Origin: a phage
Sequence record: PZ564402.1
DNA: 59,352 nucleotides
Direction: 5' to 3' (one strand)
Position numbers and translations under genes: made by a program. Numbering within the stretch: the first letter of the stretch is position 1; every line of letters begins with the position of its first letter. Shown in pieces: positions 18,674 through 28,300 of this stretch. The notes under the pieces were generated by a model. That model had not been told where the DNA came from and ran no database searches. It saw nothing but the letters and a program-made list of their open reading frames with translations.

Positions 18674-19986
18674 GCAACCACGTAAGAGCGAGCGTCTCAA
18701 TGGCGCTCAGTCGAATGAACGGCCAGCCGATCGCCATTCGCGAGAATGACCCGACGCTGCTGACCAACATGCAGCAAATGATGTCCTGTGATGATGAAGA
18801 CTTTCAGGAGCGCGCTGAACAGCAGATGCGCGAAAACTTGTGTGCAGCGTACGGCGTTGGCCGACCGTCTGCGGACAAGCCTTTCGCCTTCTCCAACGGC
18901 CTCGCTATCATCCCGATTCACGGCACCCTGATTAACCGCTATGGCGGGTATTACTACGGCTACGTGACGGGCTACAATTTTATCCGCAGTCAGCGTAATG
19001 CAGCGCTGGCCGACCCGGATGTAGAGGCGATTATCTACGACGTCAACTCGAACGGCGGGGAAGCAGCAGGTTGTTTCGAGTTGTCTCAGGAAATGTTTGA
19101 TACACGCGGCGAGAAACCTTCGCTGGCGGTTGTCGATTCAAACTGCTATTCTGCGGCATATGCGTTGGCAAGCGCAGCGGATAAAATCGTTGTAACGCCG
19201 TCCGGCGGTGCCGGAAGCATCGGGGTTATCGCCCTCCACATCGACATGTCGAAGATGCTGGCGGACATCGGTATCACCGTGAATATCATTAAGTCCGGGG
19301 AGCACAAAGCCGACGGCAACCCGTACGAACCAATGAGCGATGAAGTACGAGCAGACTGGCAAGCGAGCGTGGATTCAATGCGCACCGACTTCGTCAATCT
19401 TGTCGCTCAAAACAGGGATTTAGATCCGAAAGTGGTGCGCGACACCGAAGCGATGTGCTATAACGCTGGTGAAGCGCTGTCAATCGGTCTAATTGACGCG
19501 GTATCAACGCCTTCGAAGGCTGTTACCGAATTCCTCAACGGGCCGTCCGATAACAGCCCGGATCACTCAGGAGCGAACGCAATGAGCTTTACGCAAGAAG
19601 AAATGGACGCAGCCCGCGCAGAGGCGGCGACCAACGAACGAACCCGCATCGCCGGGATCATGGGCTGCGATGCAGCGGCTAACCGCACTAAACTGGCAAA
19701 CCATATCGCCTTCAACACCAACATGTCCGTTGAAGACGCGACTGCAATGCTGACCAATTCCGCCGAAGAACCGAAAGCCGCTGTTACGACTACCGTCGTT
19801 GACGCTGCTGCGCCGGGTAAAACCGGAACCGAAGCGAAGGGTGACAGCCCGTTCGATTCAGTGATGGCAAGCGCGGAACATCCTAACGCTGGTGCCGATG
19901 CAGGCAACGAGCAGGAAGGCGCGAAAGAAACGGCTGGCCTGATGGCGGCAATGACCGCTGTCGCTGGCAACAACATGGCTAAGTAA
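18670..19986 (+). CDS. S49-family prohead protease with C-terminal scaffold-like region (lambda gpC/Nu3-like)
   Basis: S49/SppA-like motif NSNGGEAAG; Ala/Glu-rich C-terminal region; position before decoration and capsid genes. Confidence 0.75.
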   Translation: MSNHVRASVSMALSRMNGQPIAIRENDPTLLTNMQQMMSCDDEDFQERAEQQMRENLCAAYGVGRPSADKPFAFSNGLAIIPIHGTLINRYGGYYYGYVTGYNFIRSQRNAALADPDVEAIIYDVNSNGGEAAGCFELSQEMFDTRGEKPSLAVVDSNCYSAAYALASAADKIVVTPSGGAGSIGVIALHIDMSKMLADIGITVNIIKSGEHKADGNPYEPMSDEVRADWQASVDSMRTDFVNLVAQNRDLDPKVVRDTEAMCYNAGEALSIGLIDAVSTPSKAVTEFLNGPSDNSPDHSGANAMSFTQEEMDAARAEAATNERTRIAGIMGCDAAANRTKLANHIAFNTNMSVEDATAMLTNSAEEPKAAVTTTVVDAAAPGKTGTEAKGDSPFDSVMASAEHPNAGADAGNEQEGAKETAGLMAAMTAVAGNNMAK

Positions 19987-20000
19987 TAGGGGATCTTCGG

Positions 20001-20420
20001 ATGAATCTTTTGACTATGATGGCCGCCTCCAGCCTGCCTAACTATCTGGCTGGAAACGGCGACCTCGGCTCTTGGGAGCCAACCCAAATCTTCGCAGGTG
20101 AAGCGGATATTGTGACCGAAGGCGGTGCCGCTGGCGCTGACATCGAGATCTATCAGGTTATCGCGAAGAACGCCGCTGGCGCTATGGTGCCACATGACCC
20201 GACCGCGACCACTGGCACGTCTCCGGACGAAGTACCAGCACCGCAGTCTGTGGCTATCGGTATCGCAGCGCAGCCCGCGAAGTCCGGCCAGAACGTGCCG
20301 TACTACATCGGTGGTGTATTCAACCACGCTGCCCTCGGTTGGCACGCGTCGCTTGATACGCTGGCAAAACGTCAGGCGGTCTTCGACCGTACTAACATCC
20401 ACATCGGCAATCTGTACTAA
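20001..20420 (+). CDS. head decoration protein (gpD-like), putative
   Basis: 139-aa ORF immediately upstream of major capsid gene; Gly/Ala-rich. Confidence 0.5.
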   Translation: MNLLTMMAASSLPNYLAGNGDLGSWEPTQIFAGEADIVTEGGAAGADIEIYQVIAKNAAGAMVPHDPTATTGTSPDEVPAPQSVAIGIAAQPAKSGQNVPYYIGGVFNHAALGWHASLDTLAKRQAVFDRTNIHIGNLY

Positions 20421-20432
20421 GGAGCAGCGCAA

Positions 20433-21497
20433 ATGGCTGGACTTTACACTACTTACCAACTGCTCGAAGTACAGCGCAAGCTGAAAACGCTGCCTGCGTT
20501 CTTCCTGCAATGGTTCCCGCGCCAGATTAACTTTCAGGAAGACATGATTGCCTTCGATAAAGTTATTCAGGACGTAACCCGCGTTGCGCCGTTCGTTGCA
20601 CCTAACGTACAGGGCCGCGTGATCAAAGAAAGCGGCTACAACACGAAGACTTTTAAACCAGCCTACGTGAAGCCGAAACACGTCATCGACCCTAACATGA
20701 TCATCCCGCGTCAGCCGGGTGAAGCGTTGGGTACGGGTACCCTGTCTATCGCGCAGCGCCGCGACCGTGTCATCGCATATCTGCTGATGAAACACCGCGC
20801 CATGCACGAAAATACGTGGGAATGGATGGCGGCGCAGGCTGCGCAGTATGGTTACGTTGACGTTCAGGGTCAGGACTACCCGCTGGTGCGTGTAGACTTC
20901 GGCCGTGATGCAGCGCTGACCATGACGACCGACTGGACTGCGGCTGGTGTCACCCTGATGGACATGATTGCTGACCTGCGTGACGGTCAACGTCTGGTGT
21001 CCGATAAGTCCATGTCCGGCACCGTTATCCGCGACTACATCTTCGGCGGCGACGCTTGGGATCAGTTCGTCAAGGTCGGCGGTAAAGAACTGTGGGGCAA
21101 AGATGGCCTGATGGACTCGACTATCCGTGGTTCTGAAACCAACGTTACCCGCCTGTGGGATGACGTGGAAGGCGTTCAGTACATGGGCGAACTGGTAGGG
21201 GCTAACGGTGCTGGCCGTATGCGTATTTGGGTGAACACTCAGAAATACCGCGACCAGAACGACCAAGAACAGTTCCTGATGAAGCAGAAAGCGGTAATGG
21301 GTATTTCCTCGGCGATCGAGGGCGTACGTTGCTTCGGTGCTATTCTGGATAAAGGTGCTGGCTATCAGGCGCTTGATTACTTCCCGAAAATGTGGGATCA
21401 GGAAGACCCGAGTGTGGAATACCTGATGTCTCAGGGCGCACCACTGATGGTTCCGGCAGACCCGAACGCGTCGTTCCTGCTGACCGTGATGTCCTAA
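20433..21497 (+). CDS. major capsid protein (lambda gpE-like)
   Basis: AAGGAG RBS; motifs YTTYQLL, YVKPKH, SQGAPLMVPADPNASF match conserved gpE segments. Confidence 0.9.
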   Translation: MAGLYTTYQLLEVQRKLKTLPAFFLQWFPRQINFQEDMIAFDKVIQDVTRVAPFVAPNVQGRVIKESGYNTKTFKPAYVKPKHVIDPNMIIPRQPGEALGTGTLSIAQRRDRVIAYLLMKHRAMHENTWEWMAAQAAQYGYVDVQGQDYPLVRVDFGRDAALTMTTDWTAAGVTLMDMIADLRDGQRLVSDKSMSGTVIRDYIFGGDAWDQFVKVGGKELWGKDGLMDSTIRGSETNVTRLWDDVEGVQYMGELVGANGAGRMRIWVNTQKYRDQNDQEQFLMKQKAVMGISSAIEGVRCFGAILDKGAGYQALDYFPKMWDQEDPSVEYLMSQGAPLMVPADPNASFLLTVMS

Positions 21498-21558
21498 TAA
21501 CCCGTAAATCAAACCATACGATCCGCCTTACCGGGCGGGTCGCTTTGAGGAAAGAGCC

Positions 21559-21852
21559 ATGCCAAAACGTAAAGTTCTCCAGACCGTCATCGTTTACCGC
21601 GACGGCGCGCGTATCAAGCCTTCCATCGGCGAGATCTTCGATTTCAAACAGGCCGAACTGGACAGCATCAACAAAATCAACCCGGACGCCATTGGCCGCC
21701 CGGTGATGGAAGTTGACGTGGAAAATCAGGCAGCGCAGGAAGCCGCAGCGCAGCAGGCGAAAGCTGAAACGTCCAAAAAAGACGAGAAGGCCGACGGTGC
21801 TAAGAAAAACGCCAAAGACGATAAAAAGTCTGGCGCGGAAGACGAAGTCTAA
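21559..21852 (+). CDS. hypothetical head-associated protein, Lys/Ala-rich with acidic C-terminus
   Basis: ORF between capsid and adaptor genes; ends AEDEV. Confidence 0.5.
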   Translation: MPKRKVLQTVIVYRDGARIKPSIGEIFDFKQAELDSINKINPDAIGRPVMEVDVENQAAQEAAAQQAKAETSKKDEKADGAKKNAKDDKKSGAEDEV

Positions 21853-21854
21853 TT

Positions 21855-22220
21855 ATGGCTTCTAACTTCGCAGCAATTAAAGCGAAGGCTCGCAGGGACG
21901 TACACGCGTCCCTGTCAGTACCTGCTCGCTACGAGAATTATTCGCAGGATGTCATCGTCGAAGACCTAAGCGTCCGCTGGCACAACAAAATCGCTATCAT
22001 GGGCGATCTTGAAAACGGCGGCTACGCGAACATCGTCGAGGGCATCGAGCGAATCATTTTCACGCGTGAAGAACTGGCAGTCAAAGGCGTGGTGCTGTCC
22101 GAAGGGGATAGCATCATAATGACGGCCGAGGGATACGAGAACGCCCGTCTGGTTCTCAAAACGCAAGAACCCATCGTCGGGCCAGTGGAAGTCGTCTGGC
22201 AGGTGGCGAGGGCCGACTGA
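21855..22220 (+). CDS. head-tail adaptor (gpFII-like), putative
   Basis: Size and position as in lambda FII. Confidence 0.4.
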   Translation: MASNFAAIKAKARRDVHASLSVPARYENYSQDVIVEDLSVRWHNKIAIMGDLENGGYANIVEGIERIIFTREELAVKGVVLSEGDSIIMTAEGYENARLVLKTQEPIVGPVEVVWQVARAD

Positions 22221-22846
22221 TGCCTGTTAACGTGTTAGCGATTGGCTCCAATGAGTTGAAGGAGTATCTGGAACAGGTACCGGAAATCGCTAACAACTCG
22301 ATCCGCATGGCGATTAATAGCGTGGCTGCTGGCAAGGGCATGACCCTTATCAAGAAGTCGATGACCGACGAGATCGCCTTTCCATCGGGCTACCTCAACG
22401 CAGACCGCCTAAAGCTAACTAAGCGCGCCACTCAGACCAACCTCGAAGCCGTTATTACCGGGCGTAAACGCGCCACCAGCCTCGCCCGTTTCGTTACTGG
22501 CGGGGCAATGGTCGCTAACAGCAAACGGGGTGGCGGCGTACAAGTCCGCGTGAAGAAGGGCAAGACGACCTACCTGAAAAACGCGTTTCTGGTGCGCCTG
22601 AACAAAGGGGCCAGTCTTACCGAGGACAACTATAACATCGGTCTGGCCGTACGGCTTTCCGCCGGGGAATCCTTATCCAACAAACGCTCGCAGCACAAGT
22701 CATGGCTCGTACCGGGCCGCGTCGCATTGCTGTACGGGCCGTCGGTGGATCAGGTCTTCGCGGAAGTGTCCGAGACGGTCGCACCGAAGATAGGTGACAT
22801 GGTAGCGGCAGAATTCCACCGTAATTTCGCGAGGCTGTCTAAATGA
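22220..22846 (+). CDS. tail completion protein (gpZ-like), putative
   Basis: Synteny only. Confidence 0.35.
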   Translation: MPVNVLAIGSNELKEYLEQVPEIANNSIRMAINSVAAGKGMTLIKKSMTDEIAFPSGYLNADRLKLTKRATQTNLEAVITGRKRATSLARFVTGGAMVANSKRGGGVQVRVKKGKTTYLKNAFLVRLNKGASLTEDNYNIGLAVRLSAGESLSNKRSQHKSWLVPGRVALLYGPSVDQVFAEVSETVAPKIGDMVAAEFHRNFARLSK

Positions 22847-23346
22847 GTCAAAGGCTTGACATTCTTAAAGCATTGACAGCGCACCTTGAACAGATCACCA
22901 TTGCAAACGGATACGCTTATGACCTGAAAGGTAAAGTGTATCGCGGGCGCGACCGATTCGGGGCGGACTTCACGTCTCGCCTCCCTATCGTGTCAATCCT
23001 CGAAGCGAAGGCTACGGACTACGGTAGCTTTGCCAACGAGGAACAGACCGTACGCATGGACGATTGGGTGCTGCTGGTACAGGGGTGGGTCAAAGACGAC
23101 CCGCGAAACCCGACCGACCCGGCGTACGAACTGCTGGCCGAGGTGGAAAAAAGACTGGCTATGCTGGTGGCGAAGGACGAGCAGGGGCAACCGATGTACC
23201 CCGCCCTCTACCGCTTGGGTGGGAAGATTGCTAAACTCACACTCGCGCAGCCCGTTGTCAGACCACCAGAAGACGGCTTGTCCGATACGGCGTTTTTCTT
23301 CCTACCTGTTAGGGTAGGACTCAAAGTGGACATTAGGAATCCTTAA
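22843..23346 (+). CDS. tail terminator protein (gpU-like), putative
   Basis: Synteny only. Confidence 0.35.
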   Translation: MSQRLDILKALTAHLEQITIANGYAYDLKGKVYRGRDRFGADFTSRLPIVSILEAKATDYGSFANEEQTVRMDDWVLLVQGWVKDDPRNPTDPAYELLAEVEKRLAMLVAKDEQGQPMYPALYRLGGKIAKLTLAQPVVRPPEDGLSDTAFFFLPVRVGLKVDIRNP

Positions 23347-23359
23347 CAGGAGAAACAGA

Positions 23360-24505
23360 ATGAACGATAACTACCAGAATAACTATGTGGTAGGTCGCGG
23401 AACGGTCTACTTTGACCGATTCCAAGACGGCACTAACCGTAAGACTGGTGAAATGTATTTCGGTAACACGCCGGAATTCACCATCAATACCGATTCCGAA
23501 ACGCTGGATCACTACTCTTCCGATCACGGTATGCGCGTGATGGATGCGTCCGTGCTGCTGGAAGCGTCTCAGGGCGGCACCTTCACCTGTGACAACATCA
23601 ACGCGGATAACCTCGCGCTGTGGTTCCTCGGCGAAGTATCGAACACCACTCAGACGCAGCAGACCGACGCGAAAGAAGTGTTCAACCCGATTATGCGTGG
23701 TCGTTACTACCAACTCGGTACCACCGACGATAACCCGACGGGTGTTCGTGGCGTGACTAACTTCCAGATGGTCAAGGCGGATGCGTCCATCGCGATTTCC
23801 GTGGGTAGCGGCGACATCACTTCCATCGTCGGTGCCACTGTCGTTAACCCGGCGGGCAACTACGAAATCGATCTGGAAGCGGGCCGCATCTACATCGAGC
23901 CAGATTCTACCGACCTGTCCGGTAACGTTCAGATCGCCGTCCAGTACGACGTCGATGCGCAGAAACGTACGCTGGTCATCGGCAAGTCCAACATGGTGTA
24001 TGGCGCGCTGCGCATGATCTCCGACAACCCGGTAGGTCTGAACAAGAACTACTACTTCCCGAAAGTGTCTATCGCGCCAGACGGCGACTACGCACTGAAA
24101 GGCGACGACTGGCAGGTCATGTCCTTCACCTTCAAGGCCATGCAGCTTAACAACATCACGCAGCGCGTCTATATCGACATCGTCGAAGCAGCCGCAGCGG
24201 TTGACCCGACCGCGCAGCGTACCATTGAAATCACGCCTGCATCGACTACGGCCACCACTGGCGGCGCGGGTGTCGTTTGTACCGTGACTGTCCGTGACGG
24301 CACTGGCACGGCGGTACAGGGCGACGCGGTGACGTTCACCACTGTGGCCGGGGCCACTGTCACGCCGAACAGCGCGACGACCGGGGCTACCGGGACGGCG
24401 ACCACTACGGTCAATCGCACCGCAGCGGGTACCGCTACTGTTACCGCGACGCTGGCAAACGGCAAAGCGGCCACTACGGGAACCATTACCTTCTCGGCTC
24501 CGTAA
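23360..24505 (+). CDS. major tail protein with C-terminal Ig-like domain
   Basis: AGGAGA RBS; Thr/Ala/Gly-rich C-terminus TVTVRDGTGTAVQGDAVTFTT typical of Big-type Ig domains; strong terminator follows. Confidence 0.65.
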   Translation: MNDNYQNNYVVGRGTVYFDRFQDGTNRKTGEMYFGNTPEFTINTDSETLDHYSSDHGMRVMDASVLLEASQGGTFTCDNINADNLALWFLGEVSNTTQTQQTDAKEVFNPIMRGRYYQLGTTDDNPTGVRGVTNFQMVKADASIAISVGSGDITSIVGATVVNPAGNYEIDLEAGRIYIEPDSTDLSGNVQIAVQYDVDAQKRTLVIGKSNMVYGALRMISDNPVGLNKNYYFPKVSIAPDGDYALKGDDWQVMSFTFKAMQLNNITQRVYIDIVEAAAAVDPTAQRTIEITPASTTATTGGAGVVCTVTVRDGTGTAVQGDAVTFTTVAGATVTPNSATTGATGTATTTVNRTAAGTATVTATLANGKAATTGTITFSAP

Positions 24506-24523
24506 TACATGCCAAACTGATAA

Positions 24524-24549
24524 AGCGCCTTCGGGCGCTTTTCTTTTAT
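24524..24549 (+). terminator. rho-independent terminator (GCGCC-TTCG-GGCGC + T-rich tract)
   Basis: UUCG tetraloop hairpin then TTTTCTTTTAT after major tail gene. Confidence 0.6.
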
Positions 24550-24601
24550 CTGCAAGTATGTGCTACATTAACGACGGATTAGCGCAAAGGAGATCCGTCA
24601 A

Positions 24602-25063
24602 ATGTCACTATCAGATTACACACCAGAAATCGAAGAAATCACCATCCCTGCCAGACGTGGTAAAAAGGCTGGCTCGTTTAACGTCCGTGGGCTTTCCTTC
24701 CACGACATTTCCAAAATCATCCGCGTTCACTATCATGACCTTGATGGCCTGTTCGACCTGTACCAGAAGACCGCCGGGGAAGACCTGACGGCCATTGCTA
24801 CCGGGCGTTTCGCCGTGTCGCTGGTATCAGATGCGCCGGGGCTGGTGGCCCACGTCATCGCGCTGGCCGCTGACGAAGAAGCCGAACTGGAAAAGGTTCA
24901 GACGCTTCCCCTGCTGGTGCAATTCGACGCCTTGAAGAAGATTGCCGGACTGACGTTCTCGGACGTTGAAGAAGTAAAAAAGATGTTCGCTCAGGTAATG
25001 GAGCAGATCGGCAAGATGAAGGGCGAAGAGGCGGTGTCGAAACCCGGTCAAAGCGCGAAATAG
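24602..25063 (+). CDS. tail assembly chaperone (lambda gpG-like)
   Basis: Position immediately upstream of tape measure gene; contains slippery heptamer. Confidence 0.65.
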   Translation: MSLSDYTPEIEEITIPARRGKKAGSFNVRGLSFHDISKIIRVHYHDLDGLFDLYQKTAGEDLTAIATGRFAVSLVSDAPGLVAHVIALAADEEAELEKVQTLPLLVQFDALKKIAGLTFSDVEEVKKMFAQVMEQIGKMKGEEAVSKPGQSAK

Positions 25064-25305
25064 TTCTCGACTTCCACAATAACCTTCGTGCCACGGTGTC
25101 CTTCCTCATGTCCGAGGGACACCCGGCCGCCCGGCATTACCCGTTAGGATATTTGTGGTCAGAAACGAAAATCGCGAAGCGCCGGGTAAACGCGGGTTAT
25201 GTCACCCAAAGTTTACTGATGCAGTCCTGTATCGGCGCTGTACTCAACGGCAAGAAAGGCGGGAAAGAGTATAAAAAACTAATCAAGGAATTATCAGATG
25301 GCTAA
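24602..25305 (+). CDS. tail assembly chaperone frameshift fusion product (gpGT-like; -1 shift at 24976-24982)
   Basis: Downstream ORF 25096-25305 lies in -1 frame, is open back to 24970 and ends overlapping tape measure start. Confidence 0.55.
24976..24982 (+). other. programmed -1 ribosomal frameshift slippery heptamer A_AAA_AAG
   Basis: X_XXY_YYZ in chaperone frame; the -1 frame is open from 24970 to 25305. Confidence 0.6.
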
Positions 25306-28300
25306 CAGCAAAGACGTCGAGCTACGAATCCGGGCGAGGGACTACAGCCAAAAGCCCTTAAAGGCTGTGACCAGCGCTATCGAACAGATGGCAAAGGCGC
25401 AGGACGAACAGCGTAAAGCAGCCGAGCGCGGTGAAGTCTCGACGCGTGATCTGGAAGCCGCATACAAAAAGCTGGAAAGTGCCGGGAGCCAACTGCTCAA
25501 ACTCAACTCGCTGATCGAGGTGTTCAAACGGCAGAATCAGGCTATGACGGAGGCGACGGCCAAGACCGAAGGACTCCGCCAGAAACAGGCCGATCTCCAG
25601 AAGACCTACGATTCCACCGAGAAGGTTACGCAGAAACAGGAACGGGCGCTGGCCCGGGTTACACGTCAGGTCGAAGCCGCAACCCGCGCGGAAGCGAATC
25701 AGGCCGAGCGTGTCAATCGGGCAACCCGCGACCTCGAACGATACGGGATCGAGACGTCGAAAGTTGGGGCGGCCCAAGCGGGTATCGTCACCAGCGTCGC
25801 GCAGGTCAACCGTGTCCTCGAACGTCAGGACGAAATCATTTCAACGTCTGCCGCTGCGGCCGCACAAGCGAAGGTCATTCGCGGATTGCAGCAGCAGGCG
25901 GATCAGGCGATGGCAACGGCGCGCGGGTACCAAACCCTCGGCCGCGTGGTGCAGCAGGCAACCGGACAACTCGGGCCGCTTGGCACGCAGATCCAGACCA
26001 TCGTCAGCCCGGCAGAAGCGGCGCGCCGCACGCTGTCCGGACTTGAGAATCAGGTACACGGCGTTACCGCAGAACTGGCTCGCAATAGCAAGGAAGTGGA
26101 AAACGTCGCTCAAAAAGTAAGAATGCTCAACGAGGCGAATAAAACCGTCTCGGCGCTGGCGCAGCAAATCGACCTGTACCGTCAGCAGGTGGCAACCCTT
26201 CGGAACGCCCGCACTGAATACCAACAAGCGCGACAAGACGTCATCAAGTTAGCACAGCAGATGCGCACCGCGACAACTGATACGGGTGCTTTAGGTATTC
26301 AGATGCAGGCCGCCCAACAACGGCTTTCCGCAGCCGCGACGGCCATGCGAAACACGGCCACGGCCGCCCGGTCTACCCAAGCGGCATTACGTGCTGCGCA
26401 GGTGGACACGCGTAACCTGTCCGATGCGGAAGCCCGGCTGATCTCCACCAGCCAACAATCGGCCGCAGCACTTAACACGCTGTCCACCGCGACCAACCGT
26501 AACAGCCAAGCGGCGCGCGACGGGTCGAAAGCGTGGTCACTGTTCCGCGACGAGGGCCGTACCACGCTGTCCTTCCTGCAACGTATTCGCGGTGAAGTGC
26601 TGGCGCTGACGACCACGTATGTCGGTTTTCAGGGGGCTATCAATCTGGCGGGAGGCGCGATCGACGCGTACAAGAACCGTCAGCAGGCGATGGTCAAAAT
26701 TGCGAACGTGGTGGGTAACAGCCAAGCGGCCATTAACAAAGAGTGGGAATACATGGTCGGTCTGGCGAATACGCTCGGGATCGACATCACCACCCTGTCA
26801 CAGTCGTACACGAAATTCGCCGTATCCGCGAAGGCGGTCGGCCTGTCATTGCAGGACTCAAAGTTCATCTTCGAAAGCGTAGCGAAAGCGGGCCGTGTAT
26901 TCCACCTGTCACAAGATGACATGGAAGGCGTATTCCGCGCGCTGGAACAGATGTTGTCGAAGGGTCAGGTGTATGCGGAAGAACTGCGCGGCCAATTGGG
27001 TGAACGTCTCCCGGCGGCCTTCGCGCTGTTCGCAAAAGGCATGGACATGACCACCGCCGAACTGATGAAGGCGATGGAAAACGGGGAAGTCACTGGCGAG
27101 GCGGTTATCAACTTCGCCCGCGAGCAGGCCAAAGCGATTGACGCTCAACTCGCCACGGCGCAGAAAGGTGTCGATGCGATGGAAGCGCGCGCCCGCAACG
27201 CCATGAACGCATTTCAACTGGCATTGGCCGACGCAGGCTTTATCGAAGCGTACGTGCAGATGCTTAACAAGATCACCGACTTCCTGAACAGCGAGGATGG
27301 TCGGGCGGCCGCCGTTAAACTCGGCGAGGCGTTCGGCACGTTGGCCGACGCTGTGACGTGGTGCATCGAGAACGTGGACACGCTGATCACCGCGTTAAGC
27401 GTTCTGGCCGGGCTGAAAGTGGTGCAGTTCATCGGCGGCATGATTTCGGGACTTAAAAACCTGCTGCCGCTGTTCAGCACGCTCGGTAAAATCGGCGATG
27501 GCATTATAACGATGCTGGAAGGTGTCGCGGCCAGAATGATTGCGGCACAAGGGGCCGTAGGGCTTCTCGGCATCGCGTTGAAAGGGCTGACCCGGTTAAT
27601 CCCGATTGTCGGGTGGGCGCTGCTGGCGTACGACATCGGTGCCATCATGTACGACCAGTCGCAGACCTTCCGCGAGGCGGTCAACGCGATCATCCGGGAC
27701 TTCAAGAACCTCGGGAATCAACTGGCAGCCGTCGTCGAGTCCATCCCGGCGCTGCTGTACGATCTGGCGGTATCGGTGCTGCGCCCTATTACCACGATGT
27801 TCGCCGACACCACGCAGGCGATTATTAAGTGGATCGCGGATGTTCTGAAACTGATCCCGGGCGTTGGTCAAGGGCTGTCCGAGTGGGCCATGTCCATCGG
27901 CGACGACCTGACGAAAGAGCAGCGTGGCTTCCTCGAATCGACTGGCCGCATTTGGGACGACGTCAATAAACAGTGGGTGAAACTGAACGACGAAATGGTC
28001 GCGAAGAACGCCGATGCGACTGACAAGATTCGCGGGCAGGTCAACCAACTGGCCGCCGACATGGCCGCTATCACGAAGGGCGAAGGATTCCAGTTCACCC
28101 AAGACCCGGGAACAGGCGTCACGAAGCGCAGCCGCGAGATCGCGGGCCTGACGAAAGAGTTAGGCAAGATGGAAGAGGCGGCCAAAAAAGCGGACGTCGC
28201 GTCGCGTAAAGCCGAGCAGCGGAAGAACCTGTCCGGCCGCCTCGCCATCATTGACGAGGAATTTGCGCCGCAGTACGCCCGCGCTAAGTCGATCGGCGGC

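Noticed and set aside
19563-21512. 649-aa minus-strand ORF spanning the protease, decoration and capsid region
   Set aside because: Antisense to three syntenic, motif-supported structural genes; composition is low-complexity and Arg/His-rich, typical of a spurious GC-rich reverse frame.
25096-25305. Independent 69-aa gene between chaperone and tape measure
   Set aside because: Better explained as the -1 frameshift extension of the chaperone (open frame from 24970, slippery A_AAA_AAG, overlap with tape measure start), as in lambda G/GT.
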